From the NCBI GenBank assembly GCA_003635265.1, contig PYIZ01000043.1, positions 77,707 through 141,706 of the forward strand: a stretch of DNA of 64,000 bases. The letters are read 5' to 3'. Positions 36,575 through 46,982 of this stretch are shown here, piece by piece. Each line of letters begins with the position of its first letter. Position 1 is the stretch's first letter. The position numbers and the translations under genes were made by a program. The notes under the pieces were generated by a model. It was not told where the DNA came from, ran no database searches, and worked only from the letters and a program-made list of their open reading frames with translations. This DNA is from Candidatus Poribacteria bacterium. GTDB lineage: Bacteria > Poribacteria > WGA-4E > PCPOR2b.

Positions 36575-39493
36575 TTAATCGACGAAGATATCCTCTAAAC
36601 CGATTTCTATCACCTGACCCACTGCTGCTAACCTTTCCATGTCCATCTTACTCCGATCTCCAACGATGGAGATGAGTTTTGGATGTCCTTGAACGTGCGC
36701 TTTATGGAATTGGAGCATTAGGTCCATATTTGACGCTCGAATCGACTCATAGCGCGCCTTTCGTGGATCAATTGGAACTTCCAAGCGTTCCCACGAACGG
36801 ACAGCACCAATGACATCTCGGAACCCGATCTTCGCCGTGCGATACCGGTTGATTCTGGATTGACGTGCCTCATCGAATCGTTCAGGAGATTCCGGCAAGT
36901 TATCAATGAGATCGATGAGTGCTTCCACCGCCTCCGGCGTTTTGTCCGCTTGGCAAGCGATGTATCCCCACATCAGATTTTGCTCACCCTTGCGGCTGCC
37001 AGTCGCATATCTGGCAAACGTGGAATAGGCAAGTGCGCGCGCTTCGCGCAGTTCTTGGAAGACGATTCCGGACATTCCCCCCGCAAAGTAGGCGTTATAG
37101 AGTTGGACAGCGGGATTGTTCGCTTCGTTGTAATCTTCGCCCCCAAACTCAATGTCCACTTGCGATTGAGCCATTTCCTTGTGAAAGAATAGTATCTCGG
37201 TCTTTTCGGGAACGCGTGTTTTGAGGAAATAGTAGGGTGGCGGAGTAACCAAAGCTCCTGAGATGGGATGATGCGCTTTGAGGGTTGCACCCATTTCATC
37301 AAGCGAGATTGACCCTGTATAGCTGATAGTGTGTTTGTAACTCAGAAGCCCTTGAATCTCCGCGTGAAGTTCGTCCACCGTCAATTTTTGAACCGCTTCG
37401 CTGGGCAACAGTCGCAGATAGCGTGAATCTTTTCCGTGACGGTTGTAATTGACCAAGGCACCCCGAATACTGCGGTAATTTTTCTTTGCATCCTCCCGAT
37501 TGGCAAGGATGATTTTGACGAGTTCCTCAAGCGTTGCAGTATCGGCGGTTGGCTGCTTCAGGTAGTCCATAGCCAACGCCAAAGATGCACCGAAGTTTTC
37601 ATCAAGCCCGGAAATGGAAATAGTTGTCTCATTGTTTCCAACATTGAGGCTGAAGTCGGTTCCTAGTTTATACCACTCTTTCTTTAGGTCTTCGCTGCTA
37701 TATTTTGATGTACCAGATTTATCGAGTAGTTGGGCGGCGATAGCCAACTTATTATTGTGACGGCTGCCGACATCAACGGAAATGGTAAAAACAAAGAGAT
37801 CGTTAATCGGATTTTGGGAATAATAGAGTTTGACGCCTTCATGATAGCCGGTAATCTGGTAGTCTTTCGCGGCATCAACAAAGACAGGCTCAATCTCTTC
37901 TACAGGCATTTCCAAGACCGCTTTGGCGAAATCGGATTGCCGTGTGGCATCAATCTCAATTATATCTAGCGCAGGCTTTTCAATAGAGGGTACTTCGTGC
38001 TGCTCATCTATACGATAGCCCGCCACATAGTCATCTCCAAAATATCGGTTCGCCACGTCAACAATGTCCTGTTTGGTCAACTTCTCCATGCGCGAGATTT
38101 CCCCCGCTGTGGTATTCCAATCCTGATAGGCTAAGAACGAGTCCCGCATGATACTCACCCGCGCACGATTTGACTCCAGATCCGCTTTCTGAGATTTCTT
38201 AAAGTCGGTCACCACCGCCGAAAGGATCCATTCTTCAAACTCGCCTTTTTTGATCAGTTCAATCTGTTCTAAGAGGAGTGCCTCAACCTCTTCAAGAGAC
38301 TGCCCATCTTTAGGAATGCCCCACAGATATTGCGCCCCATAGTCGTTGTCTAGATAGGGATAGGAACCCGCCTCCCGGACTTTTTGCCCCTGATTGAGAT
38401 TCAGGTTGATTAGTCCGGCTGTCGCGTTATCTAAGATCATGTCGAGAAGCTTCAAGGCTTCCGCATCGCGATGGTTGCGACCAGCTGTCCGAAACGCAAG
38501 CAGGACATACTCCTCGCCCTGATATTTGACCGTTACGCGCTCGGCACCCTGAAGTGGATCCTCTGTCCACGTCTTGGCTTCGGGGAGTGCTTTCGATTGC
38601 CATCGGGAGAAGTGTTCATCAATAATACCGATAGTTCCCTTGCTGTCAATGTCGCCAGAGATGTGGATTGCCATGTTATTGGGCACATAGTAGGTATGGT
38701 AGAATTGATACATCTGCTTCAGAGACGGATTTTTTAGATGTTCGACTGAACCGAGGGTTGTCTGCTGCCCATACGGATGCTTTTTGTAAAGCAGATCCCT
38801 GACAGCCTCACTGATGATACGCCCTTTGCTATCCATCGACCGGTTCTTTTCTTCGTACACGGTTTCAAGCTCAGTTTGGAAAAGACGGAAAACTGGATCA
38901 ATGAAGCGATCTGATTCAATAACTGCCCACTGTTTCAGGCGGTTAGGAGGCAGATCGACCTTATAGACGGTTTCCTCCACCCACGTATGCGCATTTACTC
39001 CACGTCCACCCATCGATTTGTATAGCTTGTCGAGTTCATTGGGGATGCCGTATTGGGTGGCGAGTTGCGCGGTTTCGTTAATCTCAGCGTAGATCGCTTT
39101 CCGTTTTTCTGGATCAGTTTCGTGGAAATGCTGTTCATAGAGATCCGTGATTTTATCCAGATGCGGCTTCTCTTTTTCGTAGTCGAGGGTGCCAAAATTC
39201 TGGGTTCCCTTAAAAAGCATGTGTTCCAGATAGTGAGCGATGCCGGTTGCGTCTGAGGGATCATGCTTGCTGCCAGCACGGACTGAGATCTCCGCGTAGA
39301 ATCGTGGTTCTTCATGGTTCTCAGTGAGGTAGACGGTCAAGCCATTGTCCAACTGGTAAATCTCGACCGCCATCGGATCGGCTGGGTTTGGTTCGTTGAT
39401 CCGTTTATAGCCAGCCCAACTGGTGGAAACAACTAAACTAAAAATCAAGGCATAAATAGAAAGTTGAAATAAAATCTGTCTGCTTCTATACAT
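36575..39493 (-). CDS. M16-family (insulinase/pitrilysin-like) zinc peptidase, double-length
   Basis: Signal peptide and the inverted zinc motif 'HYLEHMLFKG' (HxxEH). 972 aa. Confidence 0.85.
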   Translation of the reverse strand: MYRSRQILFQLSIYALIFSLVVSTSWAGYKRINEPNPADPMAVEIYQLDNGLTVYLTENHEEPRFYAEISVRAGSKHDPSDATGIAHYLEHMLFKGTQNFGTLDYEKEKPHLDKITDLYEQHFHETDPEKRKAIYAEINETAQLATQYGIPNELDKLYKSMGGRGVNAHTWVEETVYKVDLPPNRLKQWAVIESDRFIDPVFRLFQTELETVYEEKNRSMDSKGRIISEAVRDLLYKKHPYGQQTTLGSVEHLKNPSLKQMYQFYHTYYVPNNMAIHISGDIDSKGTIGIIDEHFSRWQSKALPEAKTWTEDPLQGAERVTVKYQGEEYVLLAFRTAGRNHRDAEALKLLDMILDNATAGLINLNLNQGQKVREAGSYPYLDNDYGAQYLWGIPKDGQSLEEVEALLLEQIELIKKGEFEEWILSAVVTDFKKSQKADLESNRARVSIMRDSFLAYQDWNTTAGEISRMEKLTKQDIVDVANRYFGDDYVAGYRIDEQHEVPSIEKPALDIIEIDATRQSDFAKAVLEMPVEEIEPVFVDAAKDYQITGYHEGVKLYYSQNPINDLFVFTISVDVGSRHNNKLAIAAQLLDKSGTSKYSSEDLKKEWYKLGTDFSLNVGNNETTISISGLDENFGASLALAMDYLKQPTADTATLEELVKIILANREDAKKNYRSIRGALVNYNRHGKDSRYLRLLPSEAVQKLTVDELHAEIQGLLSYKHTISYTGSISLDEMGATLKAHHPISGALVTPPPYYFLKTRVPEKTEILFFHKEMAQSQVDIEFGGEDYNEANNPAVQLYNAYFAGGMSGIVFQELREARALAYSTFARYATGSRKGEQNLMWGYIACQADKTPEAVEALIDLIDNLPESPERFDEARQSRINRYRTAKIGFRDVIGAVRSWERLEVPIDPRKARYESIRASNMDLMLQFHKAHVQGHPKLISIVGDRSKMDMERLAAVGQVIEIGLEDIFVD

Positions 39494-39652
39494 CTTTCAA
39501 ATCCTTCCTTTTAGAAAAAAACGCCTTCACAGAAATGTCTTTTTGTGTTAGACTCATCAAATGCCGTGGTTTGGGGTAGAAACCTGAACATTATACCATA
39601 ACCAACCTTCCCAATACACACTGCAAACCCAAAAAATTGTGTGTTAGTATTG

Positions 39653-39671
39653 ACACGTCACATTTCACGCA
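39653..39671. repeat. TCACGYW heptamer block between a TTGACA and the RBS of the PhyH gene
   Basis: 'ttgacacgtcacatttcacgcaaggag'. Confidence 0.45.
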
Positions 39672-39683
39672 AGGAGTCGCGTC

Positions 39684-40430
39684 ATGACTGGTGAAGAGAA
39701 ATTCACCTTCGATCTCGAAGGCTATCTAATTATCAAGAACGTGTTGTCCGCCGATGAAGTTGCGGAGATGAATGAAATCGCTGATCGTGTCTTCCCTCCC
39801 GAAGGCGATGATACCCGCTACCGCCGCACAAGTCGAGTATCGTGCTGGGGGCATCCATTTCAAAAACTAATAGATCACCCCCAGGTACTGCCCTATCTGG
39901 TCGAGTTAATGGGTCCCAAGGTCCGACTCGATCACGACTACTGCATCTTCATGAACGAGGGCGGTCAAAGCGGCAGGTTGCACGGGGGACCCGAAGTTGT
40001 CGGCGATCACTGGTATAAATACTGGGACGGGGTGATGCGCAATGGGTTGAGCGTCGTTACATACTTTCTGACAGATGCGGCAGAAGGCGATGGCGGATTT
40101 GCGTGTGTTCCGGGCAGCCATAAAACCAATTTTCTGTCAAATCTGCCAGACGATATCCGCAACTATGAACGTCCCGCACACTATGTTGTGCAGCCAGCAG
40201 TCGAGGCGGGCGATGCGCTGTTCTTCACGGAGGCACTCATCCACGGAACAATGCAGTGGCGTGCCAAACATGAGCGGCGATCCTTGCTTTACAAGTATAG
40301 TCCCGGACACTCAGCGTGGTCGGACAACTACTACGATCTGGACGAATTCGACGACCTGACGGAGCAGCAGAGGCGAATGCTGATGCCACCTTCTATCGGC
40401 AGTAGGCCCGATGTGGTTCAGGAGGAGTAG
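39684..40430 (+). CDS. phytanoyl-CoA dioxygenase (PhyH) family oxygenase
   Basis: 'FTFDLEGYLIIKNVL' and 'GGFACVPGSHK'. AAGGAG RBS. Confidence 0.75.
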   Translation: MTGEEKFTFDLEGYLIIKNVLSADEVAEMNEIADRVFPPEGDDTRYRRTSRVSCWGHPFQKLIDHPQVLPYLVELMGPKVRLDHDYCIFMNEGGQSGRLHGGPEVVGDHWYKYWDGVMRNGLSVVTYFLTDAAEGDGGFACVPGSHKTNFLSNLPDDIRNYERPAHYVVQPAVEAGDALFFTEALIHGTMQWRAKHERRSLLYKYSPGHSAWSDNYYDLDEFDDLTEQQRRMLMPPSIGSRPDVVQEE

Positions 40431-40441
40431 GCGTTCACGGA

Positions 40442-43400
40442 TCAAGCATCGTGTTTGAGCGCGGGCAGCAGCGGTCTGCGCAGGGCAAAGTAAACAGCAA
40501 TTGCACTAGCAACCACTCCAACCAGAAATACTGAAACCAACGTCATCGTAAGTGAGAGCCAAGGCACCTGAGCACCCGGAGTAGTCAGGTGTGGCACCAC
40601 TGCGATGAGCGCGGAAACGGTGCCAATCAGAATCCCAATCAATAGGAGAAACCCATTTTCCGCCAAGAGCATTAATGATAACGTATTTCTCCGAAAACCG
40701 AAGGCACGCAGAGTCGCTAACTCCCCACCTCGCTCAAGGGCGTTTCTCAATAGAACAATCCCCAGACCGAGTGTGCCGAGAAGTAGCCCAAGTCCGCCAA
40801 GCGTTTGGAAGGTAGAGAGGTAGGTATTTTCAACGGCTCGATAACTAGCTAGCTTTTTGGTCGTTGATGTGACATCCAAGCCGTAATCGGCTAACGCCCT
40901 TTCCAACGTGTGCCCAACGCGTTCCGCACTTTCGGAGAATGTGGCAGACTCAGATATTGAAGGCGTCTGAACTAAGAAATACGCATAGCCACTTTGGCTT
41001 GGAAAGTGTTTCTTGAAATTGACTTCGGAAATTAGCAGCTCGCTCTGAAAGATACTGCGCTGTAAAAATCCCACCAAGCGAAGTTTTAATTGCTCTCCCG
41101 ATTCGCTTTGGATGGTCAATTCGTCACCGAGTCCAAGGTGTAAGATCCATTGAGCCGAGTTGTAATCCCCAATAGCTGGAATGACACCCGGTTCAAACTC
41201 GTCTTCCAATAACTCCCACGGATTCTCCTTCGCCGCGATTGCACCTTGAAACTGGAATCCACCTCGTTCAATAAAACCCCTTGATGCCCCTAGAATTCGA
41301 GGTTTTTGGGGACGATAAAGGTTGAGGCAACTTGCATCTTCCCCCGGAAGGAGGCGGAACGGGAAGATATGAGTGTTCGCTGTGGACTCCGAGTCAGATT
41401 CAGAAAATCCCAACTCAAACTGTCCTTCTTTAGAGTTGAGATCATGGTGTAATGGGATGTCGGATTCAGCAACCAAAGCGAACCCGCCGGTGCCCGATTC
41501 CTTTTGTGGAACCGCCCCCTGTTTCCGCTCAACATGACGGTTAGCACCCACCGCAACGATGACAAAGCAGGCGCAGCCGACCAACGCTGCGCAAAGCATA
41601 CTGCGACCCGGATGGCGTCCACTATTTTTAATCCCCATCTGCACCGTCACGGCGACCTTCGGTTGACTTGCTGCTCGCCCACCTGACCGCAACCAGACGG
41701 AGAAGAAAGCCAACCCCGCAATCAGTAACAACACCCCACTACCGAAAAAGAGTCCAGCCAAAGCGGTAGTTTTAGAGACAAGGGCGAATATCGTCACAGC
41801 GAGAGCGAGTCCTAAACTAGCAAAGGCAAAGATTCGGCTGCGGGTGGCGGCGTCCAAACTTCGCTTGGAGAACCCACTAGCACCCAACCCACCCGTAATC
41901 AACGCAGGGATAGGAACCTTCCCAAGTTGCCGAACAGTCCAACCGATAGAAAATAGGACTACAACAAGGGCAATCAGATATCCCAAGACTAAATTTAATG
42001 GGTTGATATGCAAAGACAGGAAAGGCGTCCCCACCGCTGCCAACCACCAAGTTCGTAGCCCAGCCATCAGCAGCCATGCATAAACGACGCCTCCTCCCAA
42101 CCCGACTAAGCCGCCAATTCCAGCAATCAACCCGCCCTCTTTCATAAAACGTCGTCGCACGGTTGAAATGGGATACCCTGCAGCCAGCAGAATACCGATT
42201 TCACTTGCCCGCTGTTCGACGCCAAGTCTGAAAAGTAATCCCACCAAAAGTGCGGCAGACACGATAAGGAATAGACTGAATCCAATAAAGAGGGTGCTGA
42301 AATCTGTTGACCCCGTGGCAGCTGCTAAACCGTCCGTTTTGACCGGTTGGAACACCAAACCGACCTGTTCTGGACGGATTTTATCCAGCAACCGCCTCTG
42401 AAAGTTGGTTTGGGTTATTTGAAGGTCAGCACCAAGAACTGTTCTGATCTGAACAGCGGTCAAATCTCCAAACCGACTACGCCACAACTGTTGCGCTGCT
42501 CCGTCCGATACAAACGCTTTAGGAGTCGCACGGAAAAGATCCCAGTATACCTCATCTTTGGGACGAATTCGGTCGAGATCTATCGGAAACGGCGCATTCC
42601 ATTCGGACATATCATCCGCTTCATGAATCCCCGGAAACTCCGGTGTCAGTCCCCGATCAGCGGCTAACCCCTTTATCGCAACAACCCCCTTCAAGCGGAA
42701 CCGCGCGCCTCGTGTCAACAACTTTTCTCTCGGACCCACAATGTAATAACTCACATTAATCTCATCCCTCACCTCTGCGCCTAAATCGGTGGCAGCCCAT
42801 TCGTTGAGGAGGATTTCGTCATCAGCGAGCGGAGGGGCAGCGGAGCCATCGGTCAATTCAAGGGAAAAGGCACGTTGTGTATCTAATCCCGTAATCGTTG
42901 AATACGGAATCGTTCGTTCATTGACCGCAATGGCGTTAGCTAAGTAGGTCAAGATTGGCAGAGACAGCGTCCGCCGCTCAATCGCAACGGCTTGGACGAC
43001 TTCAATGATATCAGGTTTAAGCATGAATTGCGTGCTTTCAAGGGAGAGATAGCCCACGCCGCCGATGGCATCGGAAGAGACATGGCGTAATATCAATCCG
43101 AGATCTTCTAACTTCAAAGCCCGATGCAACTTACTCTGTAAAGTGGGAAGCGTATCAGTCGTAGTACGGTTGGATAGACCGGGAGATTTGGCAGAGGCGA
43201 AAATCGCGTTGACCTCTGTCTCACTTCCGAGAATTTTCTGCAAAACCGTCAAGGGAACGTAGGCATTTAGCGCACGGCTTTGATTGGGACGCAAGCCAAA
43301 GCTGCCGATGCCACGATCTGGAAGAATTTTCGTGACGGTGAGCCGGAGGGTTTGAATGACCTCTGAGGAATCTCGGGGGCCAAGTAGAAACTCACGATGG

Positions 43401-43903
43401 ATCTTGCTGTGTCTTTCAAAGGAGAGGAGGACCTGCTCACCAACTTTTATATCCAATTCGTTTTGGAGAGATTGGTTGATATGGACCGATGGAAAGAGTT
43501 GTCCCGGCTGCTTCTCCAAAGAGGGAGCCTCCCGACCGGAACCGTCCACCCACAAACCTGCAAACCGCTCATCTATTCCTTGGATCTGGACACGAGAGGC
43601 GCGCGCCCTGCTCTTGGGGTTGACCGCAGTGCCGTTCAAAAGAATTGCTGGCACTGTTTCCCGATTAAGTTGTGCTTCGCCTTCCAATTTCCGTGATAGA
43701 TCAGTCGCCAACTCTTCACGGAAGAAACGCTCGGATACGAGCGCGTAATCGATCCGCCCTAACCGATTCAAGGTGAGATCTTGTAGGCTGCCCCGGACGG
43801 AGTCACCGACTAGCAATGCACCAGTTAGCACTGCGGTTGCTACCGCAGCACCGAGCAACACAGCAAGCTGAATTCGCCAGAAATAGCTCAAACTTCGGCG
43901 CAT
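40442..43903 (-). CDS. large FtsX/MacB-type ABC transporter permease (two FtsX modules)
   Basis: 1153 aa. TM clusters are separated by large extracytoplasmic domains. Its start overlaps the stop of the upstream ATPase gene. Confidence 0.8.
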   Translation of the reverse strand: MRRSLSYFWRIQLAVLLGAAVATAVLTGALLVGDSVRGSLQDLTLNRLGRIDYALVSERFFREELATDLSRKLEGEAQLNRETVPAILLNGTAVNPKSRARASRVQIQGIDERFAGLWVDGSGREAPSLEKQPGQLFPSVHINQSLQNELDIKVGEQVLLSFERHSKIHREFLLGPRDSSEVIQTLRLTVTKILPDRGIGSFGLRPNQSRALNAYVPLTVLQKILGSETEVNAIFASAKSPGLSNRTTTDTLPTLQSKLHRALKLEDLGLILRHVSSDAIGGVGYLSLESTQFMLKPDIIEVVQAVAIERRTLSLPILTYLANAIAVNERTIPYSTITGLDTQRAFSLELTDGSAAPPLADDEILLNEWAATDLGAEVRDEINVSYYIVGPREKLLTRGARFRLKGVVAIKGLAADRGLTPEFPGIHEADDMSEWNAPFPIDLDRIRPKDEVYWDLFRATPKAFVSDGAAQQLWRSRFGDLTAVQIRTVLGADLQITQTNFQRRLLDKIRPEQVGLVFQPVKTDGLAAATGSTDFSTLFIGFSLFLIVSAALLVGLLFRLGVEQRASEIGILLAAGYPISTVRRRFMKEGGLIAGIGGLVGLGGGVVYAWLLMAGLRTWWLAAVGTPFLSLHINPLNLVLGYLIALVVVLFSIGWTVRQLGKVPIPALITGGLGASGFSKRSLDAATRSRIFAFASLGLALAVTIFALVSKTTALAGLFFGSGVLLLIAGLAFFSVWLRSGGRAASQPKVAVTVQMGIKNSGRHPGRSMLCAALVGCACFVIVAVGANRHVERKQGAVPQKESGTGGFALVAESDIPLHHDLNSKEGQFELGFSESDSESTANTHIFPFRLLPGEDASCLNLYRPQKPRILGASRGFIERGGFQFQGAIAAKENPWELLEDEFEPGVIPAIGDYNSAQWILHLGLGDELTIQSESGEQLKLRLVGFLQRSIFQSELLISEVNFKKHFPSQSGYAYFLVQTPSISESATFSESAERVGHTLERALADYGLDVTSTTKKLASYRAVENTYLSTFQTLGGLGLLLGTLGLGIVLLRNALERGGELATLRAFGFRRNTLSLMLLAENGFLLLIGILIGTVSALIAVVPHLTTPGAQVPWLSLTMTLVSVFLVGVVASAIAVYFALRRPLLPALKHDA

Positions 43904-44562
43904 CTGCCCGCCTCCAATTCAAAACGTCGTCCAAAGCGAGATGCGAGTTCAAGGCTGTGAGTCACCACAATCAGAATGTTCTGCTCGGTTTGGTGAAGTT
44001 CAAATAACAGGGAAGATATCTCCTCTGCAGTAGCGTGATCGAGGTTGCCTGTAGGCTCATCGCAGAGCAGGAGATTGGGGGAGTTGATAAGCGCACGTGC
44101 CACTGCTACCCGCTGCCGCTCGCCGCCGGAGAGCTCGGCAGATCGATGACTCAAGCGATGGGCAAGCCCGACCCGTTCTAGGAGTTCCCTTGCGCGTTTT
44201 TCAGCATCCGCATCGTGGTTTTTGAAAGCCATGGTGGGGATCAGCACATTCTCCCAGACCGAATACTGCGGCAACAGATGGTGATCTTGAAAGACAAAGC
44301 CGATACCCTGATTCCGAAATCTGGCAAGTTGCGGTTCTGGCAGTTCAAATGGGTCTTCGTCGTTAATCTCAATTCGTCCTGACGAGGGGCGCTCTAATGT
44401 ACCGATCAGGTGCAGCAGTGTGCTTTTTCCAGAACCAGACGGACCGGTGATGGCAAGGGATTCGCCTTGCGCCATTTCAAACGAAACGCCACGAAGCACT
44501 TCAATTGGTTGCGCTTCATCGCCAAAGTTTTTATAGATGTCAGATACTTTAAGAGAGTTCAT
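43888..44562 (-). CDS. ABC transporter ATP-binding protein (LolD/MacB-like)
   Basis: Walker A 'GPSGSGKST', signature 'LSGGERQRV', Walker B 'LLLCDEPTGNLD'. Confidence 0.9.
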   Translation of the reverse strand: MNSLKVSDIYKNFGDEAQPIEVLRGVSFEMAQGESLAITGPSGSGKSTLLHLIGTLERPSSGRIEINDEDPFELPEPQLARFRNQGIGFVFQDHHLLPQYSVWENVLIPTMAFKNHDADAEKRARELLERVGLAHRLSHRSAELSGGERQRVAVARALINSPNLLLCDEPTGNLDHATAEEISSLLFELHQTEQNILIVVTHSLELASRFGRRFELEAGRCAEV

Positions 44563-44630
44563 TGGTTCAGAAGTATAGTTCAGGGTAGAAATATTTGATT
44601 GATGTTTTAGGGTTCACTAAAATTTAACCG

Positions 44631-44769
44631 CAGAGACACAGAGGACACAGAGTTTTTTGATTCTTGAGAGGGCGTGGGGACAAGGCAGCAAGGAAGCAGG
44701 AGATTCTAATTCCCTCACATACTCGTACCCGCACTTACTCTAATTCTTCTCTGCGTTCTCCGCGTCTCT
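44631..44769 (-). repeat. 21-nt imperfect inverted repeat enclosing about 96 nt
   Basis: Arms 44631-44652 and 44749-44769. All 4 mismatches are A/G transitions; on the minus-sense RNA, 3 become G-U pairs. Confidence 0.5.
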
Positions 44770-44780
44770 ATGGTGGGTTC

Positions 44781-45236
44781 TTATTCTGCTGCTTCGATCT
44801 GATTCGCGATAAAAGCCGGGATCGGGATGGCTCTCAATTTTTCGCCAGGGTTGCAGATGCAGCACGCCGACGTCAATTGACCGTGAGCCACTTCTACGTT
44901 GTCCTTCATAAAAACAAATTGGTAGGTGAGGGATTTCGTGCCTTTTCTCGCAATCGTCAGGTGGATTTCCAGTTCATCTTCAAATTTGACAGGCTTGAGA
45001 TACTCACAGGAAGCTGCTAACCGGGGCCAACCGATTTTGTTCCCTTCCCATTCCGTAGCGACACTTGTGTCCAATGAACGGAGGAATTCGTGTTCGGCGG
45101 ATTCCATAAACACGAAGAACCGTGCAAAATGGACAATGCCCGCCATGTCAGTGTCGGAGAATTCTATTCGGCGTTTTGTGTGGTATTCGTGTTGCATGAT
45201 GTTATAAAATGTAAGACTTAAAATGTGGCACTCCAT
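44781..45236 (-). CDS. hotdog-fold acyl-CoA thioesterase (4HBT/YbgC-like)
   Basis: 'RIEFSDTDMAGIVHFARFF'. The start may be the internal ATG at 45197. Confidence 0.8.
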   Translation of the reverse strand: MECHILSLTFYNIMQHEYHTKRRIEFSDTDMAGIVHFARFFVFMESAEHEFLRSLDTSVATEWEGNKIGWPRLAASCEYLKPVKFEDELEIHLTIARKGTKSLTYQFVFMKDNVEVAHGQLTSACCICNPGEKLRAIPIPAFIANQIEAAE

Positions 45237-45303
45237 TGATTCCTCATCACAACAAGCAAATCCTCAACTCTATCAGAAAGATGTTTAGAACACCCAAAAT
45301 AAC

Positions 45304-45332
45304 TTGACTATTGAAAGTAAGTTTTGTATACT
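45304..45332 (+). promoter_or_regulatory. sigma70-like promoter candidate for the methyltransferase gene
   Basis: TTGACT, a 17-nt spacer, then TATACT. The RBS AAGGGGAG lies before the ATG at 45361. Confidence 0.45.
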
Positions 45333-45360
45333 ATAAGTAACAAAGCAAGGGGAGAGTCAA

Positions 45361-46227
45361 ATGGTTCTCAATCAGATTCGTGACATCTTAGGACAACCTT
45401 TTTATTATACGGATAACTGTCTTATCTACAATATGGACTGTTTGCAGGCATTGAAAAAACTGCCTGCAGAGGTTGTATGGTTGACAGTAACCAGTCCGCC
45501 CTATAACATTGGGAAAGAGTACGAAAATCCAATGGTATTGGAGGAATATCTGGACTGGTGTGAGGCATGGGTTGCGGAGATTTACCGAATCACACGCCCC
45601 AGCGGTGCCTTCTGGCTTAATCTTGGATATTTTTCAATACCGGATCGCGCAAAAGCTATACCCATTCCGTATTTATTGTGGGACAGGATACCTTTTCATC
45701 TGATTCAAGAAATCATCTGGAACTACGGTGCTGGGGTTGCCGGAAAAAAATTCTTCTCGCCTAGAAATGAGAAATTCCTTTGGTATGTAAAAAACCCAGA
45801 TGACTATACTTTTAATCTTGATGCAATTCGAGATCCAAATGTCAAATATCCTAACCAAAAGAAAAATGGAAAAATTAAAGTAAGTCCAAACGGAAAAAAT
45901 CCTACAGACGTTTGGCAGTTCCCGAAGGTAACATCTGGTAAGAACCGAGCTTCTGCAGAACGGACATCTCATCCAGCTCAGTTTCCTATGCCTGTCATAG
46001 AACGCATCATCAAAGCTTCATCTAACCCAAGAGAACTAATCTTGGATCCTTTTATCGGATCTGGGACTACTGCTGAAGTTGGTCTCAGATTAGGCCGTCC
46101 CACAGTTGGTTTTGAAATCAGAGAAGATTATTGTCGTATCATTGCGGATCGGCTTGATAACTTTTTCCAACACCGAAAAGCACAAGAAGCACAGTTAGAA
46201 TTGTTTGGGACCAGTAAAGCGGTTTAG
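45361..46227 (+). CDS. type II DNA methyltransferase, beta-class amino-MTase (N4-C or N6-A; the SPPY motif favours N4-cytosine)
   Basis: Motif IV 'TSPPY' is near the N-terminus and motif I 'LDPFIGSGTT' near the C-terminus, which is the beta permutation. Confidence 0.85.
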   Translation: MVLNQIRDILGQPFYYTDNCLIYNMDCLQALKKLPAEVVWLTVTSPPYNIGKEYENPMVLEEYLDWCEAWVAEIYRITRPSGAFWLNLGYFSIPDRAKAIPIPYLLWDRIPFHLIQEIIWNYGAGVAGKKFFSPRNEKFLWYVKNPDDYTFNLDAIRDPNVKYPNQKKNGKIKVSPNGKNPTDVWQFPKVTSGKNRASAERTSHPAQFPMPVIERIIKASSNPRELILDPFIGSGTTAEVGLRLGRPTVGFEIREDYCRIIADRLDNFFQHRKAQEAQLELFGTSKAV

Positions 46228-46982
46228 TCTGATGTTGTTTCAAGACTTTTAGCTTCTTCTCTAAACCTTTGAATAAGTTGACTGTCTCCTCTATAAGCCA
46301 ATAGGTCACGAATGGTTTTGATTCCTTCAGATGCAAATAGTTCGATTCGTTTCCCACCCACTCCGTTTAGCAAACCGATGGGCCCATTCAGTCTATAATC
46401 TCCTCGAATTTCCACCAACTTGTATTTGTAAATTTCGTCTCTCAAGGTAGCAGCTTGGCCGGTTGCTGTTCTTTGAGGCTGCCAATCTTCGTAGTCTATC
46501 CAGCCAAATCGCAGCAGAGTCAATGTTGTTTGATAGAAGTTCACTGTGATATAGTAACCTGATTTTTCAACCTTTGATTTTGAGGAGTCACGTTCTGCTC
46601 TTTGTGCATAACTGCGGTTGCCATATATTTTTGTAGTCAGTTGGCCGGATGATTTCATTTCTGTTGAGAAAAATGGATTCATTAAACAGACTAGATCTTT
46701 CTCATCTTTGCTTCGTCCACCACGCCACTGGTTCGGATAGCGGGTTCCTAGCTCTTTGGCATATAGCTTTTCAAAAAAATATCCAACTACCATCGCAGGT
46801 ACATCTATTTCATCAAGACGTATTGCAGATTGTCCGGTGCCGATTCTCGTCTGCCATAAAATCTGCCACGTCTGAAGAGCTATATCCCTCAGCTCATCCA
46901 AGCTTAATGGGTATTGCTCGATTAATTCCAGAGTTTTTGGTTCCCAGTCAACCATATCAAGGTTGCTATAAGGTGACAGCAT
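46224..46982 (-). CDS. putative type II restriction endonuclease
   Basis: It lies directly downstream of the C-protein gene and converges on the MTase gene with a 4-nt overlap. Candidate PD-(D/E)xK residues are 'KDEKDLVC...STEMK'. Any family assignment (possibly ScaI-like) is unverified. Confidence 0.5.
   Translation of the reverse strand: MLSPYSNLDMVDWEPKTLELIEQYPLSLDELRDIALQTWQILWQTRIGTGQSAIRLDEIDVPAMVVGYFFEKLYAKELGTRYPNQWRGGRSKDEKDLVCLMNPFFSTEMKSSGQLTTKIYGNRSYAQRAERDSSKSKVEKSGYYITVNFYQTTLTLLRFGWIDYEDWQPQRTATGQAATLRDEIYKYKLVEIRGDYRLNGPIGLLNGVGGKRIELFASEGIKTIRDLLAYRGDSQLIQRFREEAKSLETTSD

Noticed and set aside
44664-45020. A 118-aa plus-strand ORF spanning the intergenic inverted repeat and the thioesterase 3' end.
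   Set aside because: It overlaps the motif-supported thioesterase gene on the opposite strand, has no RBS, and has a low-complexity N-terminus derived from the repeat.
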